A stretch of DNA of 64,000 nucleotides from Lama guanicoe (Eukaryota). The stretch's first letter is position 1. Every line of letters begins with the position of its first letter. Made by a program: the position numbers and the translations under genes. This document shows positions 60,291-64,000 of the stretch, in pieces. Location of the stretch: the NCBI GenBank assembly GCA_013239625.1, contig MU053561.1, positions 2,930,283 through 2,994,282 on the forward strand, read 5' to 3'. Below the pieces are notes generated by a model that was not told where the DNA came from, made no database searches, and was given only the letters and a program-made list of their open reading frames with translations.

Positions 60291-62309
60291 TTAGAACAAT
60301 TGGCACATAGCGAGCCTTCAGTAAATGTACTGCTGCTGTTATGTGGTTAAATGTTATTGTTGTTAAATACTATTGTTGAGGCTGACCTGGCCTAGGGCTT
60401 GTTTGGATTGGATTTATTAAGAGCTAGGTTATAGAAATAAGCTGCACTAAACTTCCTCGAGTAAAAGCACTGTGCTCTTCCTTTGATTGTCTACGTGCCT
60501 GATGAGAATATTTCCTACACCAAAATGGGGGCGTGGGGGCTAATGATGAATAGCATGTCTGTGAGCTCAGTAGGACAGATTACCCAACATCAGCACCTGC
60601 CTAGGCATTCAAGGAGAGTGGCTGCTCTCTGTACTGTGAGCGTGTGTGCTTGTCTCTGGAGACCGTTTCTCAGGCTGCCGCCACTCCAGTACTCCAAGTG
60701 GGTGTCAACTGGAAGTGTTCTGTGATGCTGAATTGAGAGGAGCAAGGTCAAGGTCACAAGCCTCTGTCTGCAGGAGAAACCCATCTGCTCACTTGGGTAC
60801 AAAAGTGCCCAGGGCCGTCCTGTCTCCCTTTTGAATGAACCTTTAACTGAATCATCATTATAGTGTCATACATTCAGGGGGAAAAACCAAGACTTATATG
60901 TTCAGGTACTGAAACTTTCAGGGGATTTTTTTTTCTTTTCATCAGATGAATTTTTACCTTAACTGCTAAAATCTGCAGCCACGTGGAACTTTAAAGATCT
61001 TTTAGAGAGAGAAAGAAGTATTTTAAAACTACATTGTTCATTTCTAAAGAAGAAGGAAAAAACCAAAAAACAAAAAAAACCTCCCGAAATACCTTTCCTC
61101 CAAGTTCCAGAAGAGTGGTTAGCGTATCTCTTAAGACACGGCATCCGTGAAAAAAAAAATCACATTTCCTCAAACCTCAGACAGGCTGTTAATGTTGATT
61201 ACGGGGGCACATCCTGAGTGGTTACAGGCTTATCTGGCACAGTGCCCTGAAGCCCACATCGCGTAGTAGGTGAAACCTAGTTCAAACTGAAGGGAAAGCA
61301 GGAGACAAAGGGGAACATCTCAAAAGGAGCAGCCGTGGGAGTGAGGCGGGGAGCGGGAAGCCAGCAGAGCCTCCAGTCTCGCTCTGGGGCTGGAGGCGGG
61401 CAGTGGGGAGGAAAGAGTTCTGTTCTGAGTGCATATGAGGGCTCCCGGGTTATTTCTTCCTCAGCTCCATGTACACGTCTCCACCTCTCCTTGCCAACTC
61501 ATGGTTCCGCAGCCAGGTTCCAGGATCTACTGGAGGTCTCACAAAGCTCAGGCTTTGGGGCGACTCTCAAATTTCGTGATTCAGGAAGCCCTGGCTTTTG
61601 GACTATGTTTAAGTTGTGTTTAAATCTGTTTAGTTAAATCACTTGACAAATGTTTACCGCACGTCCTTCATGGGCTGGGTTGCAGGGATACAGCAAAGAC
61701 CGAGAACTGCCCTGTCTGCCCTCCTGGGGCTGGCCTGGCTGTGGGATGCCCCTCCGCTCAGGTTGGAGCTAGTGAGCTAGTTGCCAACGTTTCAGAATCA
61801 GTTTTCACATAAAATTTGAATATCCAGCATTTTGGGGGAAATTAGAAGATCTGGCAATTTCCACCTGTCCACGTGGGTAAGAGCTGAGGGGCCTCTCTCC
61901 AGATGAGCCAGGCTCCCTGGCATTCCAGTCCACTGCTCCAGTTGGTGTCACGCCTGGCCCATCTATGGCCCCTCTATTGGCTGAATTGCTGGTTTCTATT
62001 TCAGGGCTTAATTTGTCAGTTCTCTCAGGCTTCTTAGCGGCTCCTGTGATTTTGTGTCCTTATGACTTCTTTATTTTCCCCTATGTTCTCCCTGCCCATC
62101 CCCACCCTTAGCTTTTCTTCCTCCCTGCACTGGAGTCTCTCTTGTCCCCTTTCCCCCTCTTACTTCCCCACATCTCACAGGTTACTTGCCATCACACATG
62201 AGAAGGGCAAACTCTTAGACTTTCCTTTCAACTTAGTTTCTCTTGGTCTTTTGATTATGAAACCCTGTCTCATTTCCCTTTGTAACATCTAAAGTTAAAA
62301 ATCCCAATC

Positions 62310-62540
62310 CAGACTGGGATTTCAAAATGTAGAATAGATAATCAAGATTATACTGTATAGTGCAGGGAAATATATATAAGATCTTGTGGTAGCTCACAGC
62401 GAAAAAAAATGTGACAATGAATATATGTATGTTCATGTATAACTGAAGAATTGTGCTCTACACTGGAATTTGACACAACATTGTAAAATGACTATTACTC
62501 AATAAAAAAAAATGTAAAAAAAAGTTGTTAAAAAAAAAAG
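62310..62540 (+). mobile_element. LINE-1 3' end with poly-A tail (distinct, probably lineage-specific subfamily)
   Basis: agattatactgtatagtgcagggaaatata...tatatgtatgttcatgtataactga...acacaacattgtaaaatgactattactcaataaaaaaaa, followed by A-rich tail. Confidence 0.75.
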
Positions 62541-63421
62541 ACAAATAAACCCCCACCATCACCAAGCTTGGGTTTGAATTTGGGTTCTCATGTAATATTT
62601 TGTAGGTTTGGGCTCATCGCTCTCTTGCTCAATCAAGCCTTCTCAATTTTCTCATGTACATGAGGAAGGGTGTGGTGCGGCGTGTGGTTCTCTGAGGACC
62701 TGACATTCCGTAATTTGGGGACCACTGAGTTTGATGCCTTCCCTGTAGGTTTCAGACTTTCCAGCTAGAACAGTTTTACTTTCTCATTCCCAACATCTGC
62801 TATTCCGATACATTGTAGAAATGGCATCCTGCGATATCCTGTATCGTGTCCCTGTCTTTAACAGCCGTATACCACATAGCAAGCCAAATAAGAAACAGTA
62901 GTTAAGAGTCATTCTGTCTGGGTTCAAATCCAATTTCACTACTTAATTAACAAATCACTTAACCTTTGTGTGCCTCAGTTTCCTCATCTGCAAAATAGGG
63001 TTAAAATTGACTGTCTAATTGCTTTACTGTACACCTGAAACAACATTGTAAGTCAACTCAATAAAAGATAACAATGGCAATAACAATAATAAAAACCACC
63101 TGCCTGGTACAGTTTTTAAGAGGATTCGCTGAATTCATGTTTGTAGAGCTCTTCTAACAGTTGCTAGCAGATAGTAAGTGCTATATAATGTTTGATTAAA
63201 TAACCTGAAAATAGCAGTCAATCTAAATTCTAGGGCCCAAGTGAAAATGTGCAGAGGAATTTGTGGCTGGGAGCGAGGGGTGGGGGGGGCCATTTCATTA
63301 ACCCAATAGTTACGGTGACCATATTTTCTAAATCAAAAAACAGGTCACTTTGTCTGCAAAATATTTGAGTTCCACTTTAGGCTTCAAGCCATACAGAAAA
63401 CTATCAAAACTGGGTGTCATG

Positions 63422-63578
63422 GTGGGGAGGGCAGAGCTCCGTGGTAGAGCGCATGCTTAGCATACGTGAGGTCCTGGGTTCAATCCCCAGTACTGCCGTT
63501 AAATAAACAAATAAATAAATAAACCTAGTTACCTCAAAAAAAAAAAAAAAGCAAAAACAAAACAAAATTTAAAAAACC
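63422..63578 (+). mobile_element. tRNA-derived SINE (Vic-1-like, long-tail form) with 12-bp TSD
   Basis: GGGGAGGGCAGAGCTCCGTGGTAGAGCGCATGCTTAGCATACGTGAGGTCCTGGGTTCAATCCCCAGTACTGCC, then (AAAT)n and poly-A. CTGGGTGTCATG at 63410-63421 and 63579-63590. Confidence 0.9.
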
Positions 63579-64000
63579 CTGGGTGTCATGACAGTGTTTT
63601 ATAAGGACGCTGCAAGAGCATTTGGAATTGGAATTGAGCACTCTACATGTAGGTATCAGGCACCCTCATATCTTTAAAAAGATCATTCAGTATCCTTTAA
63701 AGCACATAAGCCTCCAGTAGTTAAAAAATTCTGTCTGGCAATAGAATATCTATTTAGGTAATGACTGATACATCCCCACCCCGCCATCTCTCTCTGCTTT
63801 TAGACAGCAAACAGTCACTCCTTGGCGAATTCTCACACAACCAGGGTCCCCTAGAGTGAATGCCTTGATGGTGCACTCACTGCATTTGATTTCAGTGCAT
63901 TGAAAGACAAAGTGGGAAAACTCTGTTGAAAGCCTGCTCCATGTCAGCCATTGTGTAATGATTCTCAGTTTTATTCAAGCCTCGAGACAATCTTTGGGGT

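Noticed and set aside
50532..64000. CD58 exon 2 or an intronic miRNA hairpin
   Set aside because: No Ig-domain reading frame with splice sites and no convincing long hairpin was found by eye; the region is dominated by old repeats.
1..64000. A novel multi-gene or prokaryote-like system
   Set aside because: All coding signal is explained by IGSF3, CD58 exon 1 and transposon remnants. The remaining short ORFs look like random intronic frames.

Overview
Mammalian genomic DNA, most likely from a camelid, judged by the short tRNA-derived SINE family and the L1 3' ends. There are no prokaryotic features. On the + strand the window holds almost all of IGSF3 (EWI-3): eight exons that each encode one V-type Ig domain (4494-42213, all with phase-1 GT-AG junctions), plus a terminal exon encoding the transmembrane segment, tail and stop (44013-44263) followed by a 3' UTR of roughly 2.9 kb. 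The signal-peptide exon lies upstream of the window. A 60-nt in-frame cassette exon (14099-14158) is missed by the ORF track. About 3 kb downstream on the same strand are a CpG island and the 70-nt signal-peptide exon 1 of CD58 (LFA-3, 50462-50531); the rest of the window is CD58 intron 1. Introns carry L1, L2, MIR, MLT1, MER21-like and ERV1-type LTRs, Tigger/hAT remnants, at least six tRNA-derived SINEs (several with readable TSDs), two minisatellites and several palindromes. I see no evidence of a wholly new biological system. The most interesting items concern splicing architecture (cassette exon, phase-compatible IGSF3-CD58 read-through, inverted SINEs around exons) and lineage-specific insertions next to splice sites. 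Repeat family names and ortholog comparisons come from recognition and memory, not from database searches.
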